From the NCBI GenBank assembly GCA_010093815.1, contig ML996570.1: a stretch of 64,000 bases of DNA; one strand, 5' to 3'. Position numbers and translations under genes: made by a program. Under the pieces are notes generated by a model. The model saw only the letters and a list, made by a program, of their open reading frames with translations, had not been told where the DNA came from and ran no database searches. Below are positions 61,513 through 64,000 of the stretch, piece by piece (position 1 is the stretch's first letter; each line of letters starts with the position of its first letter). The stretch is from Pseudovirgaria hyperparasitica (Eukaryota).

Positions 61513-63528
61513 ATGCCTGCTGCTGCAGAATACAAGCAGCCCCATGTGGAGGACTACCACTCTGACGATGGTGGTACTCCACAGGCCAACGTCACCGCGA
61601 AACGATCCAAATCTTCAAACCTTCAAGAAACTGCTAAGGACGCTCCGGCGGATATCATATCTGACGCCGCGACCGACTCAGGGTATTCGAGCCGTACCGC
61701 TGCCACCGTGAGCTCCGCTGATTCTGGTGGAAGGTCCCAGCCGCCAAGCAGGTCGTCGAGAGCAGTCCCTCCGGCCGCTGCCGAGTCCACCGCAGCTGAG
61801 CCACCCCGCAAGAAATCATCCACGAAAGACAGATCAGATAAAAAGACAGAGAAAACTAAGCTCACGGAAAAGAAGTCGGAAAGGACAAAAGAGAAGTCGA
61901 GACCGGTCGTCGTCAATCAAACGCGACCTCGCACCGATTCTCGAGCTCGTAAAGTCGATCTACAACGAGCAGACGACTATCGTGAAGAAGGGAACCGACC
62001 GGTTCGACGGCAGCAGCCTGCGCCAATCCACACTAGCCATCAATCTTACTCACGACAGCCGTCCCCAGAGTCAGTTCGCTCTCCATATCACGTATACCAT
62101 CCTCAATCTCCATCGTATTCTCGAACAAACTCTACCTACTCCGATCCCATGGTCCAGCCGGCCCACACCACTCACCGCAGGTCATCCTCCGTAAGTCGTC
62201 CTAGGCCTGCCAGCTACCACAGCGCGGACGGCCCGCTATACGGACAGTACGGTCGCCTACCTACCGTCGATCATCAACCTGCAGTACATGGTCCACCACC
62301 GTCAAGCTCGGCATACGCAAACGTTGCCCGTCCTCAATACATGCCAACATCTACATCTTACAGTCGGACACCGCATCACACAGGCTATTTTCCTCAGATG
62401 CAGCAGCCATCACATTTGTCCTATGCTTCGCAGCCTCCGGACAGCACTTACTCAACACGTGGGAATTCTAGACCAACTTCGATGTATACCCCCGCACTCA
62501 TTTCACAGTCTATGACGCCCGGCCCTCCTACGCCTTACAGCCGTTCTCCCGCTCCGAGTGCTCGATATGGTCCCCTCGGTCCATCACCTCAAATTCAACC
62601 CAACCCGCCAGCTTACTCTTCCCGTGCACACCCTTCTACGTCTGATTACGAGGATGATGACGACGACGAAGACGACGACGACGTGGGCATGCAAGAATTG
62701 CAGACGCAGATGAGCCGGGTGCAAATGGATCGCATGCAAATGGACCGTGTTCAGATGCCCCCTCCAAGACGTCCCAGCATTCGCCAAAAACCAGAGCTGC
62801 CGGCTATAGATTACTACAGTAAATCGCCCGCCCCGCCTATTATGGAGGTGAGTGCGTCGTCGAGGCGGCGCCAATCTCAGTCTGCTTCAAGCCGCACGTA
62901 TACAGACTCTACACGGTCGTCGAAAAGATACTATGACGAAGATCGGTACGCACCGCCACCGTCCCAGAAATATGATGGCAGACGTCGGAGCATTCCTGTC
63001 GAATTCTCTGACGAGGAGACGTTCCCATTTGAGGATGAACGGCGCCCTTCCGTACGTCGTCGCACGCGTACAGAGAATGACATGAGTCGCCTAGAAAGAG
63101 CGGCACGAGAGCACCAGAAAGATCCGGAGCGAGGCGAACAGGTGCACACGTCTGACGCTCTGCTTCGAGACAAGATCGCCAATAACAGCTCTCGTCGCAT
63201 CGAACGCGCCCCCTCTGACGCCAAGTCACAAGTGTCGCGAAGATCCACCATGACCAAGGCCACCAATGGTATCAACCTCCACGTTGCTGGTAATGATGAC
63301 TTCAATATCTCCATCACCGGCGACATGAACGGCCAGACCCTCCAAGTTGCGCCCAGTGCCGATGGTGGTGCTATGATCACTATTGGAGGAAAGCAATATC
63401 ACGACACTGGACGATCGGAAAGGTCGAGTCGCAGTCGAGGTCTGTCGAGCGCCGGCAAGAGTAGCAGATCAAGCCAGAAGGAGTCAAGGGTTGGTCATAC
63501 CAGTCGACGCGACCCAACTTGGTTCTAG
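61513..63528 (+). CDS. Hypothetical Ser/Pro/Arg-rich disordered protein
   Basis: Long ORF with an ATG in good context at 61513 (MPAAAEYKQPHVEDYHSD) and motifs DSGYSS, RPRPASYH, HGPPPSSSAY. The 3' end may be spliced differently. Confidence 0.75.
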   Translation: MPAAAEYKQPHVEDYHSDDGGTPQANVTAKRSKSSNLQETAKDAPADIISDAATDSGYSSRTAATVSSADSGGRSQPPSRSSRAVPPAAAESTAAEPPRKKSSTKDRSDKKTEKTKLTEKKSERTKEKSRPVVVNQTRPRTDSRARKVDLQRADDYREEGNRPVRRQQPAPIHTSHQSYSRQPSPESVRSPYHVYHPQSPSYSRTNSTYSDPMVQPAHTTHRRSSSVSRPRPASYHSADGPLYGQYGRLPTVDHQPAVHGPPPSSSAYANVARPQYMPTSTSYSRTPHHTGYFPQMQQPSHLSYASQPPDSTYSTRGNSRPTSMYTPALISQSMTPGPPTPYSRSPAPSARYGPLGPSPQIQPNPPAYSSRAHPSTSDYEDDDDDEDDDDVGMQELQTQMSRVQMDRMQMDRVQMPPPRRPSIRQKPELPAIDYYSKSPAPPIMEVSASSRRRQSQSASSRTYTDSTRSSKRYYDEDRYAPPPSQKYDGRRRSIPVEFSDEETFPFEDERRPSVRRRTRTENDMSRLERAAREHQKDPERGEQVHTSDALLRDKIANNSSRRIERAPSDAKSQVSRRSTMTKATNGINLHVAGNDDFNISITGDMNGQTLQVAPSADGGAMITIGGKQYHDTGRSERSSRSRGLSSAGKSSRSSQKESRVGHTSRRDPTWF

Positions 63529-64000
63529 GATATCCAGCTCTACTGGTCAGCGTGATCAGTGTGGGCGTAGCCGTTCCAGTGACAGCAATATATTACGACG
63601 CACCAGAAAAAAATTAACAGATGCACATTCCGGATACGAAGACGAGGCACGCGAAACGAGCTGATGACCTGGATGTTTAGCAGCGATTGGCAGCAATTTT
63701 GTTGGAGTTCCCTTATTTCCCCTTGATGTTCAAAACACCGCGCCTAGTCCCTTTCTGCATGAGATATCCCCTGTTTTCTTCCATCCCATGTATTCTCTCA
63801 ACGTACGGGTCGGCATCTTGTTGGTCTGCTTTACCCTATTTGTCTCTACAAAAAGCTGGGTCAAAAGTTTGGATCATGTTTCTGGGTGCCTACTTTGTAC
63901 AGGAAAGAAAAAGTTTTGCGAATACCACACCCCCTTTGTTTTTTTTTATCTGAGCGTCCGTCCCGCCAGCACACGATTCCTATACCACTATGTTATCTCT

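Noticed and set aside
63383..63664. +1 frame ORF overlapping the end of the last gene as a recoding event
   Set aside because: No slippery site or structure is evident; an unrecognised 3' intron or chance is more likely.

Overview
This is a 64-kb window from a filamentous ascomycete (Pezizomycotina) nuclear genome. The evidence is short GT-AG introns with CTRAY branch points and RIP-like AT-rich relics. About 27 protein-coding genes are supported. Housekeeping blocks lie at both ends: mitochondrial mL38, uL4m and IF3, Atg16, a DnaJ, mitochondrial GluRS and CSN5 on the left; myosin II, a Red1-like zf-C3H1 protein and ArgRS on the right. Between them is an accessory-looking middle with a P450, an FtsJ-like methyltransferase, MCCase alpha, a GST, a permease, a GT69, a sulfite oxidase-like enzyme, a DUF1772 protein, an F-box-like protein and four secreted proteins. 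The most striking signal is at the 3' end of the myosin II gene (minus strand). A correctly phased slippery heptamer G_GGU_UUU lies one codon before the stop, followed by a 9-nt spacer and a 14-bp GC-rich stem. The -1 frame stays open for 75 codons and ends in a motif that echoes the normal C-terminus. This is a candidate programmed -1 ribosomal frameshift producing a C-terminally extended myosin II. Other notable items are a 609-bp non-autonomous DNA transposon (22-bp TIRs, 8-bp TSD) carrying a CACGTG repeat array in the mtIF3 promoter, a DnaJ start codon apparently split by an intron (A|TG), and a possible spliced micro-ORF in the long intergenic region near 58 kb. All calls come from manual reading; no database searches were run.
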